Shown piece by piece: positions 32,540-42,873 of a stretch of 64,000 nt of DNA. Under the pieces are notes generated by a model. That model was not told the origin of the DNA. It did no database searches and saw nothing but the letters and a program-made list of their open reading frames with translations. Positions within the stretch are counted from its first letter, which is position 1. Every line of letters begins with the position of its first letter. The position numbers were made by a program, and so were the translations under genes. The DNA lies in the sequence record MZ779063.1. One strand, written 5' to 3'.

Positions 32540-33946
32540 ATGAAGAGAATCTTTAAAAGTTTAACTCTTTATATCTTTTTATTTGTTTTAGCTTCTTTAA
32601 CCTTATTTTTAGGGTTTAAAGAAGCTATTAATTATATCATATTGGGATTATTAACTTTCTTATTAATCCTTTCTTTTTACTTCTTATTAAGTTATGCATA
32701 TAATTTAATTATATCATTATTTGGATATAAGAAATTAAAAAGAGATTATGATATTATAGCACCTAAAACTAGATTTTTAATAATGGTAGCTGCTCATAAT
32801 GAAGAGACCGTTATTAGAGAAACTATTAAAAATCTTAAAAAGATTAATTATGACAAAAGCATGTTTGATATCTGTATAGTTTCAGATAATTCTACAGATA
32901 ATACAACAAATATTGCTTTAGAAGAAAATGTTATTGTTGTAGATACGATTAAAGGAAGATTTGAAAGAGAAGGCGTTGGAAAACCAGCAGGATTACAATA
33001 TGCATTAAGAGAATTAGGATTTGAAAGTATAAAAAATAAATACGATTTAGTAATGGTATTGGATGCAGATAATTTTGTTAGTCCTAATATATTAAGAGAA
33101 GTAAATTCTCAATATATCGCTAAGAATAAACCTGAAGCAATTCAAGTCTATTTAGATAGTAAAAATTATGATAGTATGATGTCTTTAGCATATAGTGCAG
33201 TATTTTGGACTAATAATAAATTTATTCAAGCGGCTAAATATAGATTAGGTTTACCGAATTCAATCGGAGGAACAGGTTTCTCAGTTAGATCAGATTATCT
33301 TATTGATAGTGGAGGATTTAACTATGAATCATTAACAGAGGATTTAGAAATGGAAGTTGAAATAGTTAGCAATGGTGGAAGAGTTTTATGGAATGATTTT
33401 GCGTCTATTTATGATGAAAAACCAGAAGGATTGAAAGTTTCTATGGTCCAACGTTTGAGATGGGCTAAGGGTCATTTTTACGTAGGATATAAAAATTTCT
33501 TTCCATTATTAAAATTATTCGCAAAGACATTTAATATTAAATATATAGATAAAATAGTTTTCCTTATGACAATGGGAAGAAGTTTACATTTAGCATTAAT
33601 GTTATTAGTTATATCATTGCAAGGGTTATATTTATATTTAAATAATAAAACAGAAATTATCATAAATAATTTTCATTATCCAACTGTATTACAATTATTA
33701 AATGATAATTTCTTATTTTTAGGAATTTTTAATGCTATTCTATTAAGTTACAGTTTCTTATTTTTACCATTATATTCTATATATAATAAAATAAAGAGTA
33801 AAAATATAATTAAGAATGCAATATCATTTTTATATTACGTAGTAACTGATTTTATAGTTCAAACTCAAGCAATATTTGTTTGGAAAGAACAAAAGAACTG
33901 GGTAAGAACTCCTCATGATAAAAATAAAATAAAAACAGACAAATAA
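32540..33946 (+). CDS. Membrane-bound processive GT2 glycosyltransferase
   Basis: AAHNEE, DNSTD, GKPAGL, DADN, TEDLE, QRLRW (D,D,D,QxxRW); TM helices at both ends. Confidence 0.9.
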   Translation: MKRIFKSLTLYIFLFVLASLTLFLGFKEAINYIILGLLTFLLILSFYFLLSYAYNLIISLFGYKKLKRDYDIIAPKTRFLIMVAAHNEETVIRETIKNLKKINYDKSMFDICIVSDNSTDNTTNIALEENVIVVDTIKGRFEREGVGKPAGLQYALRELGFESIKNKYDLVMVLDADNFVSPNILREVNSQYIAKNKPEAIQVYLDSKNYDSMMSLAYSAVFWTNNKFIQAAKYRLGLPNSIGGTGFSVRSDYLIDSGGFNYESLTEDLEMEVEIVSNGGRVLWNDFASIYDEKPEGLKVSMVQRLRWAKGHFYVGYKNFFPLLKLFAKTFNIKYIDKIVFLMTMGRSLHLALMLLVISLQGLYLYLNNKTEIIINNFHYPTVLQLLNDNFLFLGIFNAILLSYSFLFLPLYSIYNKIKSKNIIKNAISFLYYVVTDFIVQTQAIFVWKEQKNWVRTPHDKNKIKTDK

Positions 33947-33975
33947 TATTTATAAATTAAAGGGGATATTTTGAT

Positions 33976-34584
33976 ATGCATATTAAAAAATTTAATGATT
34001 CACAATTACACTTTATATCTAAAATGATTGACATAGGTTATAATAATAAAATTATTCTCGTATTATTCAAAAAAGAGTTCAATGTAGAAACAATATCTAC
34101 TTATATAACACAAGTTCGTAGAGGACATCAAGGAAAGGATATTAGTCAAAATTATAAATTTGCTATTGACGGAAACTATCCAACTTACTATGAATGGGTA
34201 GAATATTTAATTGAGAATGATATCTATTATGGGACTAAATTTGAAGAATTTGGAAATTATATTAAAAATAAAATTGAAGAAGACAATTTATTTTTAATTA
34301 CTAAAAGTAATACATTTAAATTGATTGCATATTTACAAGAAACTGATAACGGATTTAAAATAGTAAAATCAATAGATGATAAAGTAATTGATGAAAAATT
34401 TACACATGATGTTGAAATTAAAGTTGATAATATGAATAAGGTAAATCTAGAAAATAAAAATTCTTATATACTTTTAAATATTGACATTTCAGATAAATAT
34501 ATGGTACTAATGTATATACTTTTATATTCAATTAAAGGCATTGATTCTATAATAAATTATCATTTATATAACGACAAAAATTAA
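33976..34584 (+). CDS. Hypothetical protein with putative HTH-like N-domain, shared with 56259..56897
   Basis: QLHFISKMIDIGY...ITQVRRG...NYKFA..GNYPTYYEW. Confidence 0.65.
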   Translation: MHIKKFNDSQLHFISKMIDIGYNNKIILVLFKKEFNVETISTYITQVRRGHQGKDISQNYKFAIDGNYPTYYEWVEYLIENDIYYGTKFEEFGNYIKNKIEEDNLFLITKSNTFKLIAYLQETDNGFKIVKSIDDKVIDEKFTHDVEIKVDNMNKVNLENKNSYILLNIDISDKYMVLMYILLYSIKGIDSIINYHLYNDKN

Positions 34585-34599
34585 TTAAGGAGAGATTGA

Positions 34600-34917
34600 A
34601 TGTTTTCAATAACTATAATATTAATGATAGCACTATTAGTAGTGCTATCATGTTATACTCATAAATTAAATAAAGAGAATAAAGATGTAGATTTAACCGA
34701 AAATATGCCTAGATATGCTATGGCAAACAGAAATGCTAAATTAATCTATATTAAAGCAGATTCTAAAAGTTATTTAAACTATCAGATTAACGAATTCAAA
34801 AATAATAAAAGATTCAAAGATTATGGTTACGAAATTGATAAAGTTGATTGGAATGGAAATATTGTTCATGAGAGTAGAGATAGTGACCTCAAATTAATTA
34901 AAGATCGGAGAAAATAA
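34600..34917 (+). CDS. N-terminally anchored small protein
   Basis: Hydrophobic N-terminus. Confidence 0.65.
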   Translation: MFSITIILMIALLVVLSCYTHKLNKENKDVDLTENMPRYAMANRNAKLIYIKADSKSYLNYQINEFKNNKRFKDYGYEIDKVDWNGNIVHESRDSDLKLIKDRRK

Positions 34918-34919
34918 TT

Positions 34920-35462
34920 ATGGGATTAATAGTAATTACATTATCCTTCACTACACTTATTCTTATTGTAATTATTCTCTTACAAGCAAATCAAATAAAA
35001 AATATTAATAAAAATAATAACAGATATTTTAAAGAAGACGAATTTCATAATAGCCAAGATATTTTTGGGTATAATGAAAAAGGAATTATGGGTTTTTTAA
35101 ATATGTCTTTTGCATTAGTTTCAGAATATGATAAAAAAGAAAGATTGTATGCAGGTCATTATTTATTAAAAAATATGGATGCGAAATTTTTGATATTTGA
35201 TCCTAACCATGAAACATATAAAGAAGTAACTTCAAAAGAACTACTGTTAGAAAAAGATAAAAGAGAATATCTTTTTTCAAAACAAATAGAAAGACCTAAA
35301 TTTTATGATCATTGGTCTAATTTAATTCAAACTAATAAAAAACTTAACGTTAAGAATTTGAAAAAATTAACGAATAAATACGACAATATTCTAAAACAAA
35401 AATTTGACTTAGAACAGATTAATGAATTTAAAGATTATATGGAAGGAAGAATTACTTTATGA
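34920..35462 (+). CDS. N-terminally anchored protein, short paralog of 28917..30092
   Basis: ERLYAGHYLL, IFDPN, HWSNLIQTN. Confidence 0.7.
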   Translation: MGLIVITLSFTTLILIVIILLQANQIKNINKNNNRYFKEDEFHNSQDIFGYNEKGIMGFLNMSFALVSEYDKKERLYAGHYLLKNMDAKFLIFDPNHETYKEVTSKELLLEKDKREYLFSKQIERPKFYDHWSNLIQTNKKLNVKNLKKLTNKYDNILKQKFDLEQINEFKDYMEGRITL

Positions 35463-35599
35463 CAGTATTAATAATATTATCCATAATGACTTTTTTAGTT
35501 GTAGCATTTGGCATTATTGAGAAAGATGTTGATATCCTTGCAACTGGAGCTTTAATTGCATGTTTGGCATTGTTTTACGTAGCTTTTGAGATAATCTAA
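35459..35599 (+). CDS. 46-aa two-TM peptide (not in ORF track)
   Basis: ATGA overlap with upstream stop; MTVLIILSIMTFLVVAFGIIEKDVDILATGALIACLALFYVAFEII. Confidence 0.65.
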   Translation: MTVLIILSIMTFLVVAFGIIEKDVDILATGALIACLALFYVAFEII

Positions 35600-35632
35600 A
35601 AAAAAAAAATAAAAAGATCGGAGAAAATAATT

Positions 35633-35806
35633 ATGATTATAGCACCTATTTTATTGATAATATCTGTTTTTCTAATAATAGCTTCATTGATATCTTTTGT
35701 TATAACAGTTATAACTTTTAATGAAGGGTTAGTCTCTTTAATAATTGCAGTTGCAGGAGGTATAGTTTTCTTATTATCTTGTGTATTTGGAATAATGGGT
35801 TTATAA
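35633..35806 (+). CDS. 57-aa two-TM peptide (not in ORF track)
   Basis: CGGAG RBS; MIIAPILLIISVFLIIASLISFVITVITFNEGLVSLIIAVAGGIVFLLSCVFGIMGL. Confidence 0.7.
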   Translation: MIIAPILLIISVFLIIASLISFVITVITFNEGLVSLIIAVAGGIVFLLSCVFGIMGL

Positions 35807-35830
35807 AATTAAAGATCGGAGGAAATAATT

Positions 35831-36022
35831 ATGGGTACATTTTTGGCGATATCACTCTTAGTGTCTTTTGGATTAACTTTAATCTTCTTTTTATTAATAG
35901 CTGTATTTGATGATTCGGACATATTATTAGCGATAACTATTATTTTGGCTATAATAACTGTAGTATTATTTATAGCATTAGGTATATTTGCTATACTTGA
36001 CGAAAGTCAATTCTATTATTAA
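35831..36022 (+). CDS. 63-aa two-TM peptide
   Basis: Hydrophobic hairpin; GGAGG RBS. Confidence 0.7.
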   Translation: MGTFLAISLLVSFGLTLIFFLLIAVFDDSDILLAITIILAIITVVLFIALGIFAILDESQFYY

Positions 36023-36051
36023 GAGTAAATATTAAGAGAGGATGGTTAGAT

Positions 36052-36321
36052 GTGAATTTATTTAATTTATTTAAAAAAGAAGATAAAAGATTAGCATTAA
36101 TAAGAAATAAATTTGATGAAGAAAAAATTACTGCAGTAGTCAGACAAGAAGGTAAAAAAATTGAAGTGGAATATTTATTGTTTAATGATGAAAATTGCAT
36201 GATGAGACCTTCTTATTATTCTGAAGAAGATCGTTTAGAAGTAGAAAACAAAATAAAAGCTGTTATGGCATATTATGGTTATTTAGATAATGACTTTATT
36301 ATGTATGCAGATGTAATTTAA
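36052..36321 (+). CDS. Hypothetical protein
   Basis: GTG start with RBS. Confidence 0.6.
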   Translation: MNLFNLFKKEDKRLALIRNKFDEEKITAVVRQEGKKIEVEYLLFNDENCMMRPSYYSEEDRLEVENKIKAVMAYYGYLDNDFIMYADVI

Positions 36322-36346
36322 TTATATTAAAAGAGGTGTTTAAGTA

Positions 36347-36430
36347 ATGATAACGACATACATCATATTTTCAATTTTAGTACTAGTTTTAGTTAATATT
36401 ATTTCATACAAAAAATCAAAAGCAAAATAA
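36347..36430 (+). CDS. 27-aa single-TM peptide (not in ORF track)
   Basis: GAGGTG RBS; MITTYIIFSILVLVLVNIISYKKSKAK. Confidence 0.5.
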   Translation: MITTYIIFSILVLVLVNIISYKKSKAK

Positions 36431-36440
36431 ATTAAAAATT

Positions 36441-36490
36441 GGAACTAACCTTTTTATATGAGAGGTTAGTTCCTCATATTTGATTTTTTT
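36441..36490 (+). terminator. Terminator-like hairpin
   Basis: GGAACTAACCT/AGGTTAGTTCC stem, T-rich downstream. Confidence 0.6.
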
Positions 36491-36654
36491 TTATAAAAAA
36501 TAGAGATTGATTATTTATTTTATAAGTGTATATTAATTTCATATACTTAGAAAAAACTTTTAATTTTTAAGGAAAATTTCTAGCTTTTTTATAAAAAATT
36601 TGTTATAATAAATAACGTTATAGTATTAAATAATTTTTGGAGAGTGAATGTTAA

Positions 36655-37956
36655 ATGTCAAAATTAACTAGCAAAATTAATGATTTGATTAAATCAAATC
36701 CATCAGTATACGGTAAAGAAGATAATTACACACCTATGTATGAATCAGGAATTGACTTATTAGATTATAGAAATGGTTTCTTAAACACTGTTACAGATGA
36801 TGAACGCATTGGATTAATGGGTGGTAAAGTAACTACATTTATCGGTGGATCTGGTTCAGGTAAAACAACACTTGCTATTCAAGCAGCAGCAAGAATTGTT
36901 GAAAAATATGAGAACTCAAGTGTTATTCATTATGACTTTGAAGATGCAACTACTGATGAACGTATTTATCAAGTAACAGGTTGGTCTAAAGAAATGAAAC
37001 AAGAAAAATACACTAAATTAAATAAAAAGATTAGTTTAGATTCAGTAGATCAATTAATTCGTGGTATCCGTGATACTAAATTAGAAAATGAAGAAGAATT
37101 CACTATCCATACAGATAAAATTGATCCAGAAACTGGTGAAAAAGTTTCATTCATGGCTCCAACAGTAGTTATCATTGACTCTGTTGCTACAATGGCTTCT
37201 AAAGAAATTGATGATAAAGACGGTGAAGGTGGACAAATGAATGCCACTAAACAAGCTAAAGATAATACAACATTCATTAAACGTATTATCGGTTCATCTA
37301 CATTAAATTCAGCGAATATTATGCTTATTTTAATTAATCATATTACAACTAAAATTGATATCAATCCATATGCAGCTACACCTAAAGAATTAAACTATCT
37401 TAAACAAGGTGAAGCATTACCAGGTGGTAAAGCAATCAACTATATGGCAAATAACATGTTTAAAATTAGTCCTTCACAAGCTTTAGATCCAGAAGGAAAT
37501 TCTAATCAAGCTAAATATGGAATTAAAGGTTTTATCAATACAGTTGAAGTTATTAAATCACGTTCAAATGCAGCTGGTGCTAAATTTGATTTAATCTTTG
37601 AACAAAAGAATGGTTTTAATAACGCTTTATCAAATCTATTGTTCTTACAAAGTGAAAAAATGCTTAAAGGTAATCCAAGAGCATATCGTATTGATGGCTA
37701 TGATGATGTTAGCTTTACACTTAAAACATTTATGGATAAATATGAGAGTAATAAAGATTTTAAAGAATACTTTGACAAATATGTTAAAGGTATTTATAAA
37801 GAAAAATTCTTAGCTAATATTGAACATGAATCTAGTTTGGATAATGAAGAATTAGAATTGGTTGAATTAGTTAATAAAGATGAAGATATTTGGTTAGGTT
37901 CAGATGGCAATTATTATGATTCTGATAAAAATGCTATAGAAGTATCTAAAGATTAA
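36655..37956 (+). CDS. RecA/UvsX-like recombinase
   Basis: Walker A GGSGSGKTT, YDFED, Walker B VVIIDSVA, ILINHI, LPGGKAINY. Confidence 0.85.
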   Translation: MSKLTSKINDLIKSNPSVYGKEDNYTPMYESGIDLLDYRNGFLNTVTDDERIGLMGGKVTTFIGGSGSGKTTLAIQAAARIVEKYENSSVIHYDFEDATTDERIYQVTGWSKEMKQEKYTKLNKKISLDSVDQLIRGIRDTKLENEEEFTIHTDKIDPETGEKVSFMAPTVVIIDSVATMASKEIDDKDGEGGQMNATKQAKDNTTFIKRIIGSSTLNSANIMLILINHITTKIDINPYAATPKELNYLKQGEALPGGKAINYMANNMFKISPSQALDPEGNSNQAKYGIKGFINTVEVIKSRSNAAGAKFDLIFEQKNGFNNALSNLLFLQSEKMLKGNPRAYRIDGYDDVSFTLKTFMDKYESNKDFKEYFDKYVKGIYKEKFLANIEHESSLDNEELELVELVNKDEDIWLGSDGNYYDSDKNAIEVSKD

Positions 37957-38031
37957 TTTTTCAAAAGGGATAATTCCAATGAAGATAATATACTTCATTG
38001 GAACCCTTTAATTCAAATTTTGGTTCAAATA

Positions 38032-38072
38032 TATATTATAAGATTGTAGAATATTAAGAGCATGATATTCTA
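38032..38072 (+). promoter_or_regulatory. TATATTATA-N4-TG promoter with 5' hairpin
   Basis: Motif 38032-38046; TAGAATAT/ATATTCTA stem. Confidence 0.65.
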
Positions 38073-38109
38073 TAAATATATTCATTATTATAGGAGAGTG
38101 TATTAAGAT

Positions 38110-40251
38110 ATGACAAAAGACAAAACACAAAGAATGGTAGAAATTGAAGATAAGCGAAGTCATGAGTTTTTATCAGAACCTCTATTAATGCCTAATGTTA
38201 ATAGAACTAATGGTAACAGATCTCAAATGTTTACATCTCACATTGGTCAATGTATTCAATTAACTGGAGCTGAACCACCTTTGATTCAAACTGGTTTTGA
38301 AAATCAAGTAGGTAAATATTCAACTGGATACAAAAAAGCTAATAGAGATTTTGAAGTTATTTATAAATTTGAAAAGAATAAGTACGTTAATTACTATTTA
38401 ATTAAGTACAAAGATAATGATGAATATGATGTAATTATTAGAGAAGAAGCTAATCATTTAGCTGAGAAGTTCGGAAATAAATATAATAATGATGAAATTG
38501 ATAAACTAAAAGTTGGAGATACAGTTAGTAAAGAAACTGTATTATTTAAGGATCAAAACTATGATGAAGATAATAATTTCCAATATGGTGCTAATGCAAC
38601 TTCTGTATTCTTACCATTCAAAGGCATGACGAATGAGGACGGAATTGTAGTATCAGAATCATTAGCAGAGAAAATGTCAAGTTATTTTGTAAATGTAATC
38701 AATATCACTATCAATACAAACGATATTCCTTTAAATTTATATGGAAATGAAGATGAGTATAAATCATTTCCAGATGTAGGTGAAGAAGTTCAAAATGGAG
38801 TATTGTGTGCAACTCGTAGATTGAATTACGATGAGATTATTCATAAATTTAAAAATGAAATGCTTACTAAAACATTAGAAGATGATAATGCTTATAAAGT
38901 TCACGGTAAAGTTATTGATATTGATGTACTTAATAATGAAGATATTGAAAAATTAGAAAATCAAAAATATTCAGAGCAATTTGTTAAGTATATTAAAGAA
39001 TTAAGACACTTTTATAAAACATTTGTAACTGTTACAGATGATATTGTACGTAAAAAGAAATTTAGTAATGATTTAATTAGAATTCATAATAAATTTAAAG
39101 GTTATATTGATAATAATGCTAAATTAGTTTATGATAATAATCAATTTGATAAAATCATCTTCAGAGTTAAAGTTTTAGAAAAGAAACCTTTAGTTCATGG
39201 ATCGAAAATCACCACACGCTATGGGGGTAAAGGAGTCGTAGCTGAAATTGTACCTGATGATCAAATGCCAATGATCACAGAGTTCGATGGAGAAGACTTC
39301 ACTAAAGATTCTACTAAAACACCAATTAGTAAACGAGTAGATTTAATCCATAATAATATGGGTATCATTAACCGTGGAAATCCATCAGCTTTAATTGAGT
39401 TAGAATTAAATCATGTATCAAATGTAATAAGACATCGTATAAGTAAATTAGATGATGTTAATCAACAGAAAGAATATCTATTAGGATATATTAAAGATGT
39501 AGATAAAATTTCATATGATAATTATGTTAAATTATTTAATCAATTAGATTTATCTGAAACTAAAGAAGCTATTAATGAAATTATTAAAGAAGGTATTGTA
39601 TTACATCAAGCACCATTCTTTGGTAATATTGATTCAGAACAATTAAGATACGTATTTAATAAATATAATATTAAGAAAAATAGATTAAACATAAGTAATA
39701 GAACGTTCATGGTTGGAGATTTATATCACTTAAAACTTAAACACGAACCCTCAGGGAAATTAAGTGCAAAATCTCTAGACTTTAACAATTACAGTGGAAT
39801 ACCTACTAGAACCCCTGATAGTAAAAAGTACTTGTCAAGAATTAATAATAATCCACTCAGAATTGGCGAGATGGAAACGTCTAATATGATGATCGGTGGA
39901 TCTATTAAAGCAATCAATCAATTAACGAATATGTATTCAAATAACCCAGATATGCGTAAACGTTTATTAGTTGAATTGTATACAGGTAATCCATTTAAGA
40001 TTAATACAGAGAGTATACAAAAACGAACTCAAAATAATAATACTAAAGTACTTAATGCTTACTTTAGTCCATTGAATGTTAGTATGACATTTGATGAACC
40101 TGAAGAAGATGAATTACTAAATATTATGGATTTAAATGAAGATCAATTAGAATTCTTAATGGAAAAATACGAAAATTTAGATGATATCAATGATTTAACA
40201 CCTCAAGAAATAAATGGTTTAGTTAAAGAAATTATTGAAGAAAGTAAATAA
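38110..40251 (+). CDS. Non-virion RNA polymerase beta subunit, C-terminal part (AR9 gp089-like)
   Basis: NRSQMFTSHIGQ, YGANA...NEDGIVVS, GSKITTRYGGKGVV, GDLYHLKLKHEP, RIGEME. Confidence 0.88.
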   Translation: MTKDKTQRMVEIEDKRSHEFLSEPLLMPNVNRTNGNRSQMFTSHIGQCIQLTGAEPPLIQTGFENQVGKYSTGYKKANRDFEVIYKFEKNKYVNYYLIKYKDNDEYDVIIREEANHLAEKFGNKYNNDEIDKLKVGDTVSKETVLFKDQNYDEDNNFQYGANATSVFLPFKGMTNEDGIVVSESLAEKMSSYFVNVINITINTNDIPLNLYGNEDEYKSFPDVGEEVQNGVLCATRRLNYDEIIHKFKNEMLTKTLEDDNAYKVHGKVIDIDVLNNEDIEKLENQKYSEQFVKYIKELRHFYKTFVTVTDDIVRKKKFSNDLIRIHNKFKGYIDNNAKLVYDNNQFDKIIFRVKVLEKKPLVHGSKITTRYGGKGVVAEIVPDDQMPMITEFDGEDFTKDSTKTPISKRVDLIHNNMGIINRGNPSALIELELNHVSNVIRHRISKLDDVNQQKEYLLGYIKDVDKISYDNYVKLFNQLDLSETKEAINEIIKEGIVLHQAPFFGNIDSEQLRYVFNKYNIKKNRLNISNRTFMVGDLYHLKLKHEPSGKLSAKSLDFNNYSGIPTRTPDSKKYLSRINNNPLRIGEMETSNMMIGGSIKAINQLTNMYSNNPDMRKRLLVELYTGNPFKINTESIQKRTQNNNTKVLNAYFSPLNVSMTFDEPEEDELLNIMDLNEDQLEFLMEKYENLDDINDLTPQEINGLVKEIIEESK

Positions 40252-40259
40252 AACAAATT

Positions 40260-40291
40260 GGAGTAATGATCATTATTTTGATCATTACTCC
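40260..40291 (+). repeat. GTAATG/CATTAC hairpin family copy
   Basis: GGAGTAATGATCA-ttattt-TGATCATTACTCC. Confidence 0.8.
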
Positions 40292-40305
40292 TATATTTAA
40301 AGGAT

Positions 40306-40860
40306 GTGTTTAAAATTTATCCTGATTATGATGAATTTTTAAAGAAAGAGTTGGATCGCTTTGGAATTGATACAGATAACGTAGCTTATCATTCTAATAT
40401 TAATTATCGTTATTGTAAAGAGGAATTAGAATCACTTGAAAAGGAAGTTGAAGAAATGGAAATTAATTATTTGAATTTAGAAGATATATCTTTAAATAAA
40501 GAAGAGACAAGTGGAGTTATGACTATAAGAGAATTAGTAAATACTATTGATCACTTGATATATACAGAAAATGAAGTTACACCTTTATACTACTTCTTTA
40601 TGGATAAAATTGATTCACTTCCTATGATTAATATGATTACTTATAAAAAGGCAGCTAACACATTCTATGAAGAATATAAAAGATATAACACTGAAAATCA
40701 TTCAGCTTATATAAATATTAAAGGAGAATGGAAACAGTTATCATTTAATCAATTTAAAGAATCTTTAAAAGAAGTTTTATTATCTTCACATAAAGAAAGC
40801 AATGTTGATAAATTATTTAAAGAGTTAAATAATTTAGCTGTAAAAGATAATTTTTCATAA
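40306..40860 (+). CDS. Hypothetical protein
   Basis: ORF, GTG start. Confidence 0.65.
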   Translation: MFKIYPDYDEFLKKELDRFGIDTDNVAYHSNINYRYCKEELESLEKEVEEMEINYLNLEDISLNKEETSGVMTIRELVNTIDHLIYTENEVTPLYYFFMDKIDSLPMINMITYKKAANTFYEEYKRYNTENHSAYINIKGEWKQLSFNQFKESLKEVLLSSHKESNVDKLFKELNNLAVKDNFS

Positions 40861-40890
40861 TTGCTCTTAGATCAAAATTAGTAATAAGCA

Positions 40891-40936
40891 TATATTATAA
40901 ATATGAGACAATGTTCATTAACTTGATCATTGTCTC
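40891..40936 (+). promoter_or_regulatory. TATATTATA-N4-TG promoter with 5' hairpin
   Basis: GAGACAATG/CATTGTCTC stem starting at 40905. Confidence 0.65.
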
Positions 40937-42857
40937 ATATATTGTTTTATTTTTTATAAATAAGGAGATGAATTGGATAATGGAAAATAATACATTAAAT
41001 TCGTATATAAAGGAAGATTTTAAATATTTTAAAGATGATAAATTAGAAATTGATGAAATATTTAACTTTAAAGATGATAAGACTAAAGAAAAATTTGAAA
41101 CGTTTTTTAATGGAGTTATATACACATTGAAAAATTTGAATTATGTTGAATTATCTGAAATGTATAATGAATCAATTAAAGAGAAAGGTAATACTCAAGT
41201 TAAAGCTGAAAGTTATATAGATTATTTAAATAATGAATTGAAAAATAAAAGACTAAATAAAGAAACTAAAAAACTTTATAAAGATTTATTAATGACTTTA
41301 GAAGATGATTTGAAAAGATATAATGCTAATTTAGATGACAGCATTATAAATAAATTATTCAAAAATAAGTATATATCAATATCTTATTATAGTTTAATAG
41401 TACCGTATAATATTGCTAACGAAATTGAATTTAATAAAAACTATTATAGTTTTCTTGAATTAGAAGATTTTGTTAGATTCATAGTATTTCCGTATTATCA
41501 GCTTTTATATCTATCTAAAGATAATTTAAGAAATATTTATATAAAGAATACAGATATAAATCTTCATGATTATTTTATTGATATAATAAAGAGTTATATT
41601 AAAAATTTAATAGATAATAAAGATGTAGATACACTAAAGGATTTATTAGATGTGTTAACAAATGAGCACGAATATCTAAGATCCCCAAAATATACAGACT
41701 ATAGAAAAGGTAATGGTAGAAATTTATTTGAGTTGCTAATAGATATGAATTTCAATGAATTTAAAGACTTATTATATGAAATGATATATATTATAATGAA
41801 TAATAATCTAAAAAAAGAATTACAAGTAGAAATGAATTATGATATATACAAACACAATATATTTTTAATAAGTTTAATGAATGATGAAGTAGAAAGTCAT
41901 AGACAACCTAAATTTAATGATAAATTTTTAATAGAGAGTAATAATACAATTAGAGCTACTGCAAGTGCAGATTTATACAGTAAAAATAATTACTACCAAA
42001 ATAACTTATTAGGTCACTATATTAATGATCTATATGTAAATAAAAATAAAATAAATAAATTTAAAAGGGTTAATAAAGTTAGAAGTCTTAAATCTTTTAT
42101 TTATTTAACTAACCAAAGATGCATTATCGGTGGTGAGTCATATTATAAATATCTATATAAATATTTATTTGATCCAAGTAACTTAACTAGAGAAGAGTTT
42201 GAAGTATCTACATTATTAATTAAATTGATAACTTGTAAGTCTAGTAATCAATTAAAGAAAGTTATGGAGAATGCAAAAACCAACTCTATATTAAATAATC
42301 TTTTATTTGAAACAGAAATTAATGATATAATTAAAATTGGTATAGAAATGAATATTAATACTATATTCAATGAAAAGGGTTTAAGTAAAATTAATACAGT
42401 TGATTTAACTGTAGGAAATATTGTAAAACCTTTGTTATATAATAACGCAAATGATTATGAAGAACAAACAGAAATCATTAATTCAATATTTAAAAATTTT
42501 ACTTATGATATAGATATCAATTTTGATAAATATCATTATAAAGATTTAGATGAATATTTTGAAAGTAGATTAAATTTAGGTCTTTTAAAAGAATCAAATA
42601 TAGATATTAGTATTAATATTAATTATAGTAAAATTGCAAAAACTATTGTAAATAATATTAAAGATAAACTTAGAGGAAAATATGATTTTGAAAAGAATGA
42701 GTTTATTATTACTTATGATAAGATGAATATTACTCGTTTAACTTCTACAGAGTTTTGTAATGGGTTATGTGAATATTTAAGTAAATACTTCCCAGAAGAA
42801 GCTAAAAAGTTAAATAAGAGTTTTAGAGCTGAAATTGTAAATACAATGTTTAGATAG
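40911..42857 (+). CDS. Large hypothetical protein (likely start 40980)
   Basis: AAGGAG RBS before ATG 40980. Confidence 0.7.
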   Translation: MFINLIIVSYIVLFFINKEMNWIMENNTLNSYIKEDFKYFKDDKLEIDEIFNFKDDKTKEKFETFFNGVIYTLKNLNYVELSEMYNESIKEKGNTQVKAESYIDYLNNELKNKRLNKETKKLYKDLLMTLEDDLKRYNANLDDSIINKLFKNKYISISYYSLIVPYNIANEIEFNKNYYSFLELEDFVRFIVFPYYQLLYLSKDNLRNIYIKNTDINLHDYFIDIIKSYIKNLIDNKDVDTLKDLLDVLTNEHEYLRSPKYTDYRKGNGRNLFELLIDMNFNEFKDLLYEMIYIIMNNNLKKELQVEMNYDIYKHNIFLISLMNDEVESHRQPKFNDKFLIESNNTIRATASADLYSKNNYYQNNLLGHYINDLYVNKNKINKFKRVNKVRSLKSFIYLTNQRCIIGGESYYKYLYKYLFDPSNLTREEFEVSTLLIKLITCKSSNQLKKVMENAKTNSILNNLLFETEINDIIKIGIEMNINTIFNEKGLSKINTVDLTVGNIVKPLLYNNANDYEEQTEIINSIFKNFTYDIDINFDKYHYKDLDEYFESRLNLGLLKESNIDISININYSKIAKTIVNNIKDKLRGKYDFEKNEFIITYDKMNITRLTSTEFCNGLCEYLSKYFPEEAKKLNKSFRAEIVNTMFR

Positions 42858-42873
42858 AAAGGGGAAATTAAAG

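Noticed and set aside
35598-35609. Poly-A tract as a phase-variation switch (also 63446-63456)
   Set aside because: Intergenic, and unremarkable in such AT-rich DNA; may include homopolymer sequencing error.
37598-37813. Alternative-frame ORF inside the recombinase
   Set aside because: Fully nested, no RBS.
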